A stretch of 64,000 bases of DNA, from contig CAVVMW010000023.1 of NCBI GenBank assembly GCA_963749495.1, positions 1 through 64,000 on the forward strand, read 5' to 3'. The notes beneath the pieces are model-generated. The model had not been told where the DNA came from, did not search any database, and saw only the letters and a program-made list of their open reading frames with translations. The stretch comes from an uncultured bacterium (GTDB lineage Bacteria > Verrucomicrobiota > Verrucomicrobiia > Limisphaerales > UBA8199). Both the position numbers and the translations under genes were made by a program. Of this stretch, positions 41,932-51,907 are shown piece after piece; position 1 is the first letter of the stretch, and every line of letters starts with the position of its first letter.

Positions 41932-44107
41932 GCGGGCGAGCCGAAATCCCAATCGAAATTGACTTGCGGATCGAGCTGGCTCACGATGGCGCCGGTATTG
42001 CCGTCAAAGTAAGTTGCGTTCAGGCCGTTTCCGGTCCCCAATGCGGGCTGAGCGCCTGGTCCTTGGGCCACCGACTCGACCGTCACTTGGTCGAACGTGG
42101 CGGTTCCTGGAGTAGAATTGTCATGGCTGCTCACGGCGAGACCAACGAGGGCATTGCTGAGCGAATCGAACTGCTCGCTCGCTACCCATACCCAATTCGT
42201 GCCGTCGCTGGACTGGAATGCGCTTATTTGACTGCCGCTCCGCACCAACCGCAGCCAAACCGGGCCGGAGAAGGCCCCGCCATCGTCCAACGTCGTCTCA
42301 TCCGCGGGCTCCGGGCGGTACAGGCAACCCAGGCCATGTTCCGGCGTCACAGCCAGCATCATGTGGCGGGCGTCCGCGCCAAGCCCGTCTCGAATGATGA
42401 GGCCGGCCTTGGCCCACGGATCGGTATCCTGCTCGCTAAGCACGCGGGCGGTTATCTGCCCATCGCCAGCCAGCGGCTGGAAAACAAAGCAGCAACCGTC
42501 CTCGTTTGCCCAAATGTCAGCCCCAGCCCCGCTCACAGCCCAGGAGCCGTTTGAGACCTGCACCTGGCCTTCCACCCCGACCAGCCCAACGTCGGCCCGC
42601 GACCAACCCGGCGGGCACCCCTCGCTGCTGGCCGTGCCAGGTTGCGGAGCCAGTTCAGCCTGATACATCTGCTGGAGATCCTGCGGAGGCATGACGCTGG
42701 TCTTGGAATAAAGCTGGCTCTGCGGGATGATCTGCTGGGGTGTCGAGCGGCTGCTCCACAGCAGTTTCACCATCGCACCGCCCCGATTCTGGAAATAGTC
42801 CACGCGAAGCGCGTAATGCTTTCCTGCCTCGAGGTTCACCATGGCGCTGGATACTGACGCAGCGTGGTCATACCATTCGTCGATGAGCAGTTTCCCGTCC
42901 AGCCAAACCCTTGCCCGATCGTCGCTGACGACCTGCAGGGCATAGGGTTCGGTATATTGGGCCTGCAGCTCCCCGTCCCAACGCGCGCTCCACCAATAGG
43001 GGCCCACATTGGGCATGGGGGCCGCCAGCCCCCAATCGAAGAGAACAACCGGATCGATTCGGCAGGTGGCCGGGCCACTCTGGTCTCGGGTCGAAAAATA
43101 GCTGCCCACCAAGCCATCGCCGGCGCCCTGGGCGGCTGCCGCCGCAGGGGACCCCGAGGGAATCAACACCTGGATGCCCGAGAAGCGCGCCCGGCAGATC
43201 TGTGTGTCATCGTGGCTGGTGACAGCCAACCCAACATAAAATTGCTTATCGAAGTCGTGTTGGACGGTGCCCAGCCAGACCCACTGCTGGCCATCAGAGG
43301 AATGGTAGGCGGTCACAATTGCTCCCTGCTTGATGAGCTTCAGCCAGTGCGGGAAAGCCGCCCCGGTAATTGAGTCTTTGGCCGAATCGACACCCCCCGA
43401 ACCGCGCTGTTGATAGGTCTGCTTGCCGCCGACACTCACCAGGCGCATCGCCTGGTAGGCGTCGTCCTCGCTTGGGGCGCCCGCGCTGCTCCGCCGAATC
43501 AGGGTGACGCCTTTTTCGGGCGTGATGGCCAGCATCACATGTGGAGAGGCGTCATCGAGGGCGTTGCGCAGCATCAGACCGGCCTTCGCCCAAGGATCCG
43601 TCTTATCGACGCTCAAGACCGCCGCAACAATTTCCACATCCCCTTGCCACAGCACACTGGCATATTGGCACGCGTCGGCCGAGCCCCAGATGTCCGCGCC
43701 AGATCCGAAAAGGTCCACGCTATCGCCGCTGCCCGCCAGACGCCCGGCGGCCCCTGGTTTGCCTATGTCTTTGCTTTGCCAGGAGGGCGGCGGCTCCGCC
43801 GCCTTCACCGGAGCACGTGAACCCAGACACAGGGCCAAAGTAATCGCAGCCAAAGGAGCAGCAATCAATGAACACGCATGCTTCATAAGGGGCCTCTGTT
43901 TCCAGCAGGGTCATCCTTCGCGAGCGCCTCGTCTCAGTTTTGCTTGAAGCCCCAAACCCCAAGCGCGCATACTTGCGTCCACTCAAGAGTGAGTCCGCTT
44001 AATTCCCCTGCTTCCATTTTCAGAGGCACCATGACAGAATGCGAGACTTGTCTGCAAGTCGCCTGCTCAGGCGTCACCTGCTCAGGCTAGATCGGAGGCA
44101 GAGCGGG

Positions 44108-44509
44108 TTAGAAAGCACGATGTGAGCGCCTCAGATCGAGGCGGCAACGCCCTCGAACCGGGCCAGAGCAAATCGGGGGCAACCCGTTTCTGGCCAACGC
44201 GGTCAGCGCCAGGACCTCCGCCACAATGCGCACGATCCACTGCACGCGTGAAGTCACTGCCAGTTTCTGGAACAGCCGCCGCATGTGAGCATGCACAGTG
44301 TGCCTGGACATGCCAAGATCACTGGCGATAGCGAAATCGGTGGAGTCGGCAAAAACGCCGCGCGTGATCTGCAACTCCCGGCGTGAAAGCCGGAGAGAGT
44401 GCGCCGCTTCCGTCCACGCCTGCTCGTTAATCACCGCGGCACCGTCGGATTCGGGCGCGAAACCCGCTGGAGGGCCTTTGTGCCCGTAGGACTTGGTTTG
44501 CGCGTGCAT
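44108..44509 (-). CDS. LuxR-type HTH regulator (no receiver domain)
   Basis: LSRRELQI...IASDLGMSRHTVHAHMRRLFQKLAVTSR. Confidence 0.85.
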   Translation of the reverse strand: MHAQTKSYGHKGPPAGFAPESDGAAVINEQAWTEAAHSLRLSRRELQITRGVFADSTDFAIASDLGMSRHTVHAHMRRLFQKLAVTSRVQWIVRIVAEVLALTALARNGLPPICSGPVRGRCRLDLRRSHRAF

Positions 44510-44808
44510 TCGTGCCTTGGATCGGGGGTGTATTCTTGTCCTTTGAACCCGATGCCAACATTCTGAAACCACCGAAAATTCCCTTTCCCGACAATCGGTG
44601 TCCCTACCGTAAATAGGGTCGCGGATGCCCAGATCTTTCAAGAATCTTTGTTTAACTGGCCTTAGGACAGATTAGGTTGCGGTGGTCCGCGCGTCCTCCA
44701 GCCCTTTCTGCCAGAGGCCGGGCAAAGATGGTCGGCTCGTCGGCAGGTTTTTCCCGGGTGCGGGGCGGGGCAGGGGAGGGACCCGGCAAAAGCGGCGGCA
44801 TCTGGCTG

Positions 44809-44824
44809 TGGCATCCACATTGCT
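44809..44824 (+). promoter_or_regulatory. Sigma-54 promoter of the flgF operon
   Basis: TGGCATCCACATTGCT matches TGGCAC-N5-TTGCW. Confidence 0.7.
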
Positions 44825-44841
44825 TCCAAACTGGACCGCGT

Positions 44842-45597
44842 ATGGACGTTAGCCTGTACCAAGCCGCCTCGGGCATGAATGCCAGCACACGCTGGCAGGA
44901 GGTCATTGCCGAGAACCTGGGCGCCTCGCAGGTGCCGGGGTTCAAGCGGCAGGACATCAGCTTCAGCGCCGTGCAGGCCGGATTCATGCCGCGCGCGCGC
45001 GGCGTTCAGCCCGGCCCGGCCCAGCGCTACCAAATGCCGCTGGCTGCGGCCAGCATCAATTTCCAGCCGGGCGAACTGCGCCCTACCGGGGTGAGCACCG
45101 ACCTGGCCATAGAAGGAGCCGGTTTTTTCGAGGTCCGGACGCCCAATGGGACGCGCGCCTACACGCGGGATGGTGAATTCCATCTCGATTCGCAGGGCCA
45201 ATTGGTCAATAAACAGGGCCTGGCGGTCATGTCGGAGACTGGACCGCTGCAGGCGGACCCCCAGAACACATCGCCGCTGAACGTGGCGGCCAACGGCGAG
45301 GTTTCCCAGGGCGGACAGAGTCTAGGCCGGATTAAGGTGGCTGGGTTCAACGACCTGCGGGTCCTTGTCCCTGCCGGGGCGGGTTGCTTTGTCCTGGCCG
45401 ACCCGGCCATCCAGCCGAGCACCTCGACGACGGCGACCCTCCACCAGGGTTTCCTGGAGAGCAGCAACGCCTCGTCGGTCCTGGAGATGGGCAACCTCAT
45501 CAGCGCCATGCGCCTCTATGAGGCCAACCAGAAGGTCGCGCAGATGGAGGATGACCGCCTGTCCAAACTCATCGGCAACGCAACCAACACGTCCTGA
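44842..45597 (+). CDS. flgF: Flagellar basal-body rod protein FlgF
   Basis: SLYQAASGM, AENL...PGFK, TDLAIEGAGFF, YTRDG, QGFLESSN. Confidence 0.85.
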   Translation: MDVSLYQAASGMNASTRWQEVIAENLGASQVPGFKRQDISFSAVQAGFMPRARGVQPGPAQRYQMPLAAASINFQPGELRPTGVSTDLAIEGAGFFEVRTPNGTRAYTRDGEFHLDSQGQLVNKQGLAVMSETGPLQADPQNTSPLNVAANGEVSQGGQSLGRIKVAGFNDLRVLVPAGAGCFVLADPAIQPSTSTTATLHQGFLESSNASSVLEMGNLISAMRLYEANQKVAQMEDDRLSKLIGNATNTS

Positions 45598-45665
45598 ACC
45601 GCCTGAGATGAAAAGAGCCCAAGCCACCAACCCCGACCGAGTGACCGACTGACTGACTGACTGAT

Positions 45666-46448
45666 ATGTTGCGCGCCCTGTATTCCGCGGCTGCCGGGAT
45701 GGAGTCCCAGCAGATGAACCTCGATGTCATCTCGAACAACCTGGCCAACGTCAACACGACCGGTTTCAAGAAGAGCAAGATCGAGTTCGAGGACCTGCTC
45801 TACCAGACCACCAAGGTGCCCGGTGCCGAGCAAGGCGCCGGCAACCTGCTCCCCACCGGCTTGCAGGTCGGCCATGGCTCGCGCGTGGTCGCCACGTCCC
45901 GCATCTTTACCACTGGCGAATTGACCCAGACCGGCGAGCAGCTCGATATGGCGATCAATGGCAACGGCTTCTTCGAGGTCCAAATGCCCGACGGCTCGAA
46001 GGGTTTCACCCGCGCCGGCTCGTTCAAGACCGCCTCGGACGGGCGCATCATGACCAGCGACGGCCTGCCGGTGCTGAGCGGCTTCCAGGCCGTGCCCGCC
46101 GGCACCACCAACGTCACCGTCGCCTCTACCGGGGACGTCACCTATACCACTGCCAGCGGCAACACCACCTTCCGCCTCCAGCTCACCCGCTTCCTCAACC
46201 CCAACGGCCTCCAGAGCCAAGGAGGCAATATCTACCTGGAAACCCCGGCCTCCGGCCCCCCCGAACTGGGCAGCCCGGGCGAAAACGGCTACGGCCAGAT
46301 CGAGCAGGGCCAGCTCGAAATGTCCAATGTCAAAGTCGTCGATGAAATGGTCGCGCTCATCATGGCCCAACGCGCCTACGAGGTCAATTCCAAGGCCGTC
46401 CAGGCCGCCGACGAAATGCTCCAGGAAGGCAACAACCTCAAACGCTGA
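45666..46448 (+). CDS. flgG: Flagellar basal-body rod protein FlgG
   Basis: MLRALYSAAAGM, NNLANVNTTGFKK, EMVALIMAQRAYEVNSK. Confidence 0.95.
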   Translation: MLRALYSAAAGMESQQMNLDVISNNLANVNTTGFKKSKIEFEDLLYQTTKVPGAEQGAGNLLPTGLQVGHGSRVVATSRIFTTGELTQTGEQLDMAINGNGFFEVQMPDGSKGFTRAGSFKTASDGRIMTSDGLPVLSGFQAVPAGTTNVTVASTGDVTYTTASGNTTFRLQLTRFLNPNGLQSQGGNIYLETPASGPPELGSPGENGYGQIEQGQLEMSNVKVVDEMVALIMAQRAYEVNSKAVQAADEMLQEGNNLKR

Positions 46449-46572
46449 TGAATCCCAGCATGAACTGCAAGGGACATAAGGGACGCAAGGGTGAGGAGGA
46501 CGCATCTCACATTTGTCGGCCCTCGGCAAGCCAGGCAATTGGAGCGCGGCGTTGGGAAGCCCGCAAGGTCCT

Positions 46573-46642
46573 GGAGTGCGCCAGTCCTCTGGCGCTTTCT
46601 CGTCCCCAGGGTCCGAAAAGCGGCAGCGGACTGCCGCAGTCC
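46573..46642. repeat. GGAG-tagged REP doublet between flgG and flgA
   Basis: GGAGTGCGCCAGTCCTCTGGCGCTTT...AAAGCGGCAGCGGACTGCCGCAGTCC. Confidence 0.75.
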
Positions 46643-46684
46643 AAAACGCTTCGCGAGTTCGCACGCGCGCTTTGCGCTCCGGCC

Positions 46685-47464
46685 ATGAGTTCCAGCCTCC
46701 GGGTTTTGGCGGTCCTGGCGCTGTTCTGTCTGACCTCGGGCTGTCCTATCCTCGCGGGCGATGTGCCGGAAAGCGCGGTCATCACGCCCGCCGCGACCAA
46801 CGCGCCGGCCAGCCCGGCGCCACGCCCGCCGCGCCGCCTGGAGGCGGACGAATTGCGCGACCTGCTCGCCGCGGCGTTGAACCAACTCACTGACGGGGGC
46901 GAATGGGAGTTGCACCTGGGCCGACCCTGGACCGCGGTCCTGGTGCCCGACGAACCGCTCAAGGTCCAGATTGTGGAGCCGGCCCTGAACCGCATCACCT
47001 CGTCCAGTGTCCTGCGCTTTGAAGTGCGCGCGGGCCGCCAGTTGGCCGGCTCCTGGCAGATGCCGGTCCAAGCCCGATTGTGGCGGGATGTCCTGGTGGC
47101 CCACGCGAACCTCCAGCGGGGATTGCCGCTCAAAGAGGCCCCCTTGATGCACGAGCGGCGCGACGTGCTGGCGCTGCGCGAGCCGCTGTGCGAACTGCCG
47201 GCCAATGCCGGCGCGCTTGAGGTGGGTGAAGGTGTTCCGGCCGGTTCGCCGCTGCTGGCCCGGGCCCTGCGCCTGCGCCCCGTGGTGCTCCGCGGGCAGA
47301 TCGCCGACGCGGTCGTTCGCGACGGCGCCATGCTGATCTCACTCAAGGTCGAAGTATTGGAGGAAGGGGTGCCCGGCCAGATGATCCGGGTGCGCAACTA
47401 TCAATCCCGCCGTGAGTTGCGGGGAAAGGTCCAGGATGAGCACACCATTGCCATTCCGCTCTGA
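46685..47464 (+). CDS. flgA: P-ring formation chaperone FlgA
   Basis: Signal peptide, SAF-like region, VVLRGQ...LEEGVPGQMIRVRN. Confidence 0.85.
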   Translation: MSSSLRVLAVLALFCLTSGCPILAGDVPESAVITPAATNAPASPAPRPPRRLEADELRDLLAAALNQLTDGGEWELHLGRPWTAVLVPDEPLKVQIVEPALNRITSSSVLRFEVRAGRQLAGSWQMPVQARLWRDVLVAHANLQRGLPLKEAPLMHERRDVLALREPLCELPANAGALEVGEGVPAGSPLLARALRLRPVVLRGQIADAVVRDGAMLISLKVEVLEEGVPGQMIRVRNYQSRRELRGKVQDEHTIAIPL

Positions 47465-47579
47465 GAGCCGGGGCCCCGGTGCCCAATGCGAGGATAGCCG
47501 CACACGGGAGGCTCGGGGGTCGAGGGGCGAGGGGCGAGGGGCGAGGGGCCGGAAGCGGGGACTGGGTTCGCGCGCCCGG

Positions 47580-48188
47580 ATGCGATTGGGCATAATCTGC
47601 GGACTGCTGCTCGCCTCCGCCGGGGCATGCCAGGCCGATTCATTGTGGCGGGACGGCCAGTCCAACCCGATGTTCTCGGACAAGCGGGCCAGCCGGCTCG
47701 GGGACATCGTCACGATCCTCGTCCAGGAAACCACCACCGCCACCAAGGACAACTCGACCACGACGACCAAGCAGTCGAGCGTGGATTCGGCCCTCGCCGC
47801 TTTCCTTTACAGCCCGGCGGCCAGCGGCCTGTTGACCAAGGGCGGCACCATGCCCTCACTCAAGTTCACCGGCAAGAGCGACTTCACCGGCGGCGGCACC
47901 ATCAACAACTCCCAAAATGTTGTCGCCAGCGTCGCCGTCCGCATCATTGACGTGCTGCCCAACCACAACTTCGTCATCGAGGGCACCCGCGACTGCTCCT
48001 TCTCCGGCGAGAAACAGACCGTCGTGTTGCGCGGCACCATCCGCCCGGACGACATCCAACCCAACAACACCATCTACAGCTACAACATCTCGGACGCCAC
48101 GATCAACATCATCTCCAAGGGCACCATTACCGATGCCCAGCGCAAAGGCTGGTTCCACAAGCTTTGGGACAAGTTCTCCCCGTTCTGA
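47580..48188 (+). CDS. flgH: Flagellar L-ring protein FlgH
   Basis: SDKRASRLGDIVTILVQE, VLPNHNFVIEG, RPDDIQPNN. Confidence 0.9.
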   Translation: MRLGIICGLLLASAGACQADSLWRDGQSNPMFSDKRASRLGDIVTILVQETTTATKDNSTTTTKQSSVDSALAAFLYSPAASGLLTKGGTMPSLKFTGKSDFTGGGTINNSQNVVASVAVRIIDVLPNHNFVIEGTRDCSFSGEKQTVVLRGTIRPDDIQPNNTIYSYNISDATINIISKGTITDAQRKGWFHKLWDKFSPF

Positions 48189-48204
48189 TTCTGGGTGCCT
48201 GTAT

Positions 48205-49464
48205 ATGAGGCCATATAGACGCCGGTTCAGAAGCAGCCAGACAGCCGAGGGCCGAGGGCCGAGGGTCGAGGCCGGATACCTCCGCCTCTCGCCCTTCGCC
48301 TTTCGCCCCTGGCCCCTCGCCCCTGGCCCCTCGCCCCTGGTCCCTCGCCCCTTTCGGCGACGCTCCCGCATTCTCTGCCTGGTTCTGCTCCTGTGCTGTC
48401 TGTCCGCTCTTGGCGGTTCGGTGCGCGTCCGGGACCTCGTCCTGGTGGCCGGGGCCCGGGACAACCAACTGGTCGGCTACGGCCTGGTCGCGGGCCTGGC
48501 GGGTGACGGCGACAAAGACCCGATCTATACGAAGCAGACCCTTGCCAACATGCTGCAGCAATATGGAGTCAATGTTCAGTCTATGCTGATGCAGCTCTCG
48601 GCCAAGAACGTGGCCGTGGTGCTGGTGACGGCCGATATTCCGGCGTTTGTCAAGCCCGGCGCGCGGCTGGATGTGCAGGTCTCCTCGATGGGCGACGCCA
48701 AATCGCTGCAAGGGGGTGTGCTGCTGCAGACGCCGCTGGTTGGGGCGGACAAGGCCGTCTATGCGGTGGCCCAGGGGCCGCTGGCCATCGGCGGGTTCAG
48801 CGCCGGCCCGGGCGGCGGCGGCGGGGCCAACGTGACCAAGAACCATCCGACCGTCGGCACCATCATCGGCGGCGCCCTGGTCGAGCGCGAGATCCCGGCC
48901 ACCATCGTGCATGACAAATTGATCGAGCTGCTCTTGCGCGAGCCCAGTTTCGCCTCGGCCGCCCGCCTGGCCGAGGCCATCAACCAGTCCTTTACCAACT
49001 CCGCCCAGGCCATCGATTCCACTTCCGTGCGCGTCCGCCTGCCCGAGGGGCTGGAGGACCAACCGGTGGATTTCATCGCCCGGCTCCAGGCCATCGAGGT
49101 CACCCCCGATACCCCGGCGCGCATCATCATCAACGAACGCACCGGCACCATTGTCGCCACCTCCACCATCCGCATCTCCAACTGCGCCATCTCCCAGGGC
49201 AACCTCACCATCACCGTCGCCAGCACCCTGGAGGTCTCCCAGCCCAACCCCATGAGCAGCGGCGGCACCACCACCGTGACCCCGCGCACCGATACCAAAG
49301 TCAACGAGGCCAAGGCCAATATGGTCACCCTGCCCGAGTTGCCCACGGTCGAAAAAGTCGCCTCCTCCCTCAATGCGCTCGGGGTCACGCCCCGCGACAT
49401 GATGGCCATCTTCCAGGCCATGAAACAGGCCGGCGCCTTGCAGGCCGAGCTGATAATCCGGTGA
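48205..49464 (+). CDS. flgI: Flagellar P-ring protein FlgI
   Basis: RDNQLVGYGLVAGLAGDGD, AKSLQGGVLL, INERTGTIV, AGALQAEL. Confidence 0.95.
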   Translation: MRPYRRRFRSSQTAEGRGPRVEAGYLRLSPFAFRPWPLAPGPSPLVPRPFRRRSRILCLVLLLCCLSALGGSVRVRDLVLVAGARDNQLVGYGLVAGLAGDGDKDPIYTKQTLANMLQQYGVNVQSMLMQLSAKNVAVVLVTADIPAFVKPGARLDVQVSSMGDAKSLQGGVLLQTPLVGADKAVYAVAQGPLAIGGFSAGPGGGGGANVTKNHPTVGTIIGGALVEREIPATIVHDKLIELLLREPSFASAARLAEAINQSFTNSAQAIDSTSVRVRLPEGLEDQPVDFIARLQAIEVTPDTPARIIINERTGTIVATSTIRISNCAISQGNLTITVASTLEVSQPNPMSSGGTTTVTPRTDTKVNEAKANMVTLPELPTVEKVASSLNALGVTPRDMMAIFQAMKQAGALQAELIIR

Positions 49465-49967
49465 TATGGACATCTCCGCCGCTCCAACCTCGCCGCGTGA
49501 AGGCCGATGACCTGCCGCTGGACCGCCTGGCCTCCAACTCCCACATTCCGGAGTCCGAGAAGATCGCAAGCGCCAGCCGCGCCTTCGAGGCCCTGCTCCT
49601 GCGGCAGGTCTTGCAGGAGGCGCAACGCCCGGTATTCAAATCCAAGTACGCCAGCGACTCGACCACCAGCGGGATTTACCGGGACCTGGTCACCGAGCAG
49701 TTGGCCGAGAGCATGTCCAAGTCCGGCAACCTGGGCCTGGCCCAGAGCCTGGCCTGCGGGTTGCAGCCCCGCCGTGCGGCCCCGGAAAAGTCAGGCAAGC
49801 CGGACAAGTCGGACAGGCCTGACGGGCCGGGCCGCTTGTCCGCCGCCAGCGAGCCGCTCCCAAGCCCCTCCGCCCCCCAGCCCTTGAGTTCCCCCAAAAT
49901 GAAGGACATGGCCGACCGCAAGGCAGGCGCTCCCCCTATTTTCCACCTGAAGACACACCATGACTGA
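49461..49967 (+). CDS. flgJ: FlgJ-like rod-binding protein (no muramidase domain)
   Basis: FEALLLRQVL...LAESMSKSGNLGLA. Confidence 0.75.
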   Translation: MIWTSPPLQPRRVKADDLPLDRLASNSHIPESEKIASASRAFEALLLRQVLQEAQRPVFKSKYASDSTTSGIYRDLVTEQLAESMSKSGNLGLAQSLACGLQPRRAAPEKSGKPDKSDRPDGPGRLSAASEPLPSPSAPQPLSSPKMKDMADRKAGAPPIFHLKTHHD

Positions 49968-50451
49968 ATCGTTGAACAATTTTGTCGAGAGCTTGCGCGA
50001 AGAGCTCAAGCAATATGGCGAGTTGCTGGCCCTGTTGGATGTGCAGCAGGAGCAGGTCGCCCGGCGGTTGGCCGATGAGTTGCTGGCCACGGTCTCGGCC
50101 ATCCACGCCCAGGGCGAGGCGATCCAGGGGGCGCGCCATGAGCGGGCCCAGCGCCAGCGCGAGTTGGCGCAGTCGCTGGACCTGCCCTCGGACACGCGGG
50201 CGGGCGCGCTGGTGGCGCGGCTGCCTTTGGCCTATCGCCCGCTGGTCAACGCGCTCATCCAGGAGAACAACCACCTGCTGGGCCGTGTCCGGCAGCGGGC
50301 CCGTCAGAACCATCTTCTGCTGAGCCGCGCGGTCGATATGATGAGCCGGTTCATCAACTCCCTGTGCGCCGTCGGCGCGCCGACCTATAACCAGGCCGGC
50401 GCCATGGCCCACGCAGCACCCGGCTGCGCCCTCTACGAGGGCATCGGCTAA
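49960..50451 (+). CDS. flgN: Flagellar export chaperone FlgN
   Basis: Helical 163-aa protein immediately before flgK; QNHLLL motif. Confidence 0.75.
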   Translation: MTESLNNFVESLREELKQYGELLALLDVQQEQVARRLADELLATVSAIHAQGEAIQGARHERAQRQRELAQSLDLPSDTRAGALVARLPLAYRPLVNALIQENNHLLGRVRQRARQNHLLLSRAVDMMSRFINSLCAVGAPTYNQAGAMAHAAPGCALYEGIG

Positions 50452-50469
50452 TCCCAACCTTATCGAATT

Positions 50470-51888
50470 ATGCCTGGTCTCCTTGACAGCATTTATATTG
50501 GGTCGAGCGGGTTGCAAACGCAGCAGCAGGGCGTGGAACTCGCCGGCCAGAACCTGGCCAATGTCAACAACCCCGCCTATGCGCGCCAGCGGTTGGTGGT
50601 GCAGACCGCCACGCCGGTCCAAACCGGCATCGGCCCCCAGGGCACCGGCATCGAGGCGGTGGCCATCCAGCAGATACGCGACGCGATGCTGGACGGGCAG
50701 GTCCAGAACGAGGCCAGCATCACCTCCTTTGTCCAGGCCCAGCAGAGCGCCCTGCAGAGCGCGGAGGCCGGCGTAGGCGAGCAACTCCAGGGCAGCACGG
50801 CCACCTCCGATACCAGCTCCGTTGGCGCCACCGGCGGGCTGGACAGCGCCTTGAGCGATTTCTTCAACGCCTTCCAAAACCTCACCACCAACCCCGCCTC
50901 GACCTCCGCACGGCAGGCCGTCATCTCCCAGGCCCAGCAGGTTACATCCGGATTCAACCAGGTCAGTCAGCGCCTGGGCGCCCTCCACGACCAGCTCAAC
51001 CAGTCCGTCCAGACCGATGTCGGCAGCGCCAACCAACTCCTCTCGGACATCGCCGGGCTCAATCAGCAAATCGCGGTGGCGCAGGGTGCCTCCGGCGCGG
51101 CCAACGACCTCTGCGACCTGCGCCAGCAGAAGCTCGAGCAACTCGCCCAGTTGGTCAATTTCCAGACCGCCTCCGGCTCCAATGGCGCGGTCAACGTTAT
51201 CGTGGACGGGCACATCCTCGTCTCGAACAATGACGTGCAGGACACCCTTCAGGCCTACGACGCCGGCAACGGCCAGGTCCTGGTCCGCAGCGCCGCCTCC
51301 AACGCCCAGCTCACCCTCACGGGCGGCAGCATCCAGGGCGCCATCGACGCCCGCGACAATGCCCTGGGCTCGTTGCGCTCCGGCCTGGACACCCTCGCCT
51401 CCCAGCTCATCACCCAGGTCAATGCCGCCTATCAGAAGGGCTACGACCTCAACGGCGGCACCGGCGCCAGTTTCTTCACCGGCTCGACTGCGGCCGACAT
51501 CGGCGTCAACGCGGCCCTGGCAGGCGATCCGTCGAAATTGCAGGCGGCGGGCGTTGCCGGGGCCTCCGGCGACAACCAGGTGGCGGTCCAATTGGCGCAA
51601 TTGGGCGGTGCGCCCCAGGCGGCCCTGGGCAACCAAACCTTTTCAGGCAATTACAATGCCACGGTCACCGCGCTGGGGTCCGCCCTGGCGACGGTCAACG
51701 GCCAGGTGAGCGACCAGCAGGCAGTGCAGAACATGCTCCTCCAGCAGCGCAGCTCGGTGAGCGGGGTCTCGATCGACGAGGAGATGGCGGACCTGGTCAA
51801 ATTCCAGAGGGCCTACGAGGCCTCAGCCCACTTGCTCAGCACCGTCGACACGATGCTGGGCGATATCGTGAACCTCAAAACAACCTGA
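50470..51888 (+). CDS. flgK: Hook-associated protein FlgK
   Basis: QNLANVNNPAYARQR, SGVSIDEEMADLVKFQRAYEASA. Confidence 0.95.
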   Translation: MPGLLDSIYIGSSGLQTQQQGVELAGQNLANVNNPAYARQRLVVQTATPVQTGIGPQGTGIEAVAIQQIRDAMLDGQVQNEASITSFVQAQQSALQSAEAGVGEQLQGSTATSDTSSVGATGGLDSALSDFFNAFQNLTTNPASTSARQAVISQAQQVTSGFNQVSQRLGALHDQLNQSVQTDVGSANQLLSDIAGLNQQIAVAQGASGAANDLCDLRQQKLEQLAQLVNFQTASGSNGAVNVIVDGHILVSNNDVQDTLQAYDAGNGQVLVRSAASNAQLTLTGGSIQGAIDARDNALGSLRSGLDTLASQLITQVNAAYQKGYDLNGGTGASFFTGSTAADIGVNAALAGDPSKLQAAGVAGASGDNQVAVQLAQLGGAPQAALGNQTFSGNYNATVTALGSALATVNGQVSDQQAVQNMLLQQRSSVSGVSIDEEMADLVKFQRAYEASAHLLSTVDTMLGDIVNLKTT

Positions 51889-51907
51889 TGAACTAACCTG
51901 ACCCGAT

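Larger units (their letters stand above)
36313..43886 (-). pseudogene. Large secreted protein (~1300 aa) with 2x [ConA/DUF1349-like + PA14] domains, split by the IS dimer
   Basis: Signal peptide; repeated GADIWG/WAKAGL and FDW..SARW.G..SDD.ARVWLD motifs. ...NFDWDFGSPA|QGIGPENFSARWTG rejoins across the insertion; further indels near 38010-38060. Confidence 0.85.

Noticed and set aside
46448..46684. Long N-terminal extension of FlgA (similarly FlgH from 47412)
   Set aside because: Consists of repeat DNA; downstream ATGs (46685, 47580) give normal signal peptides.
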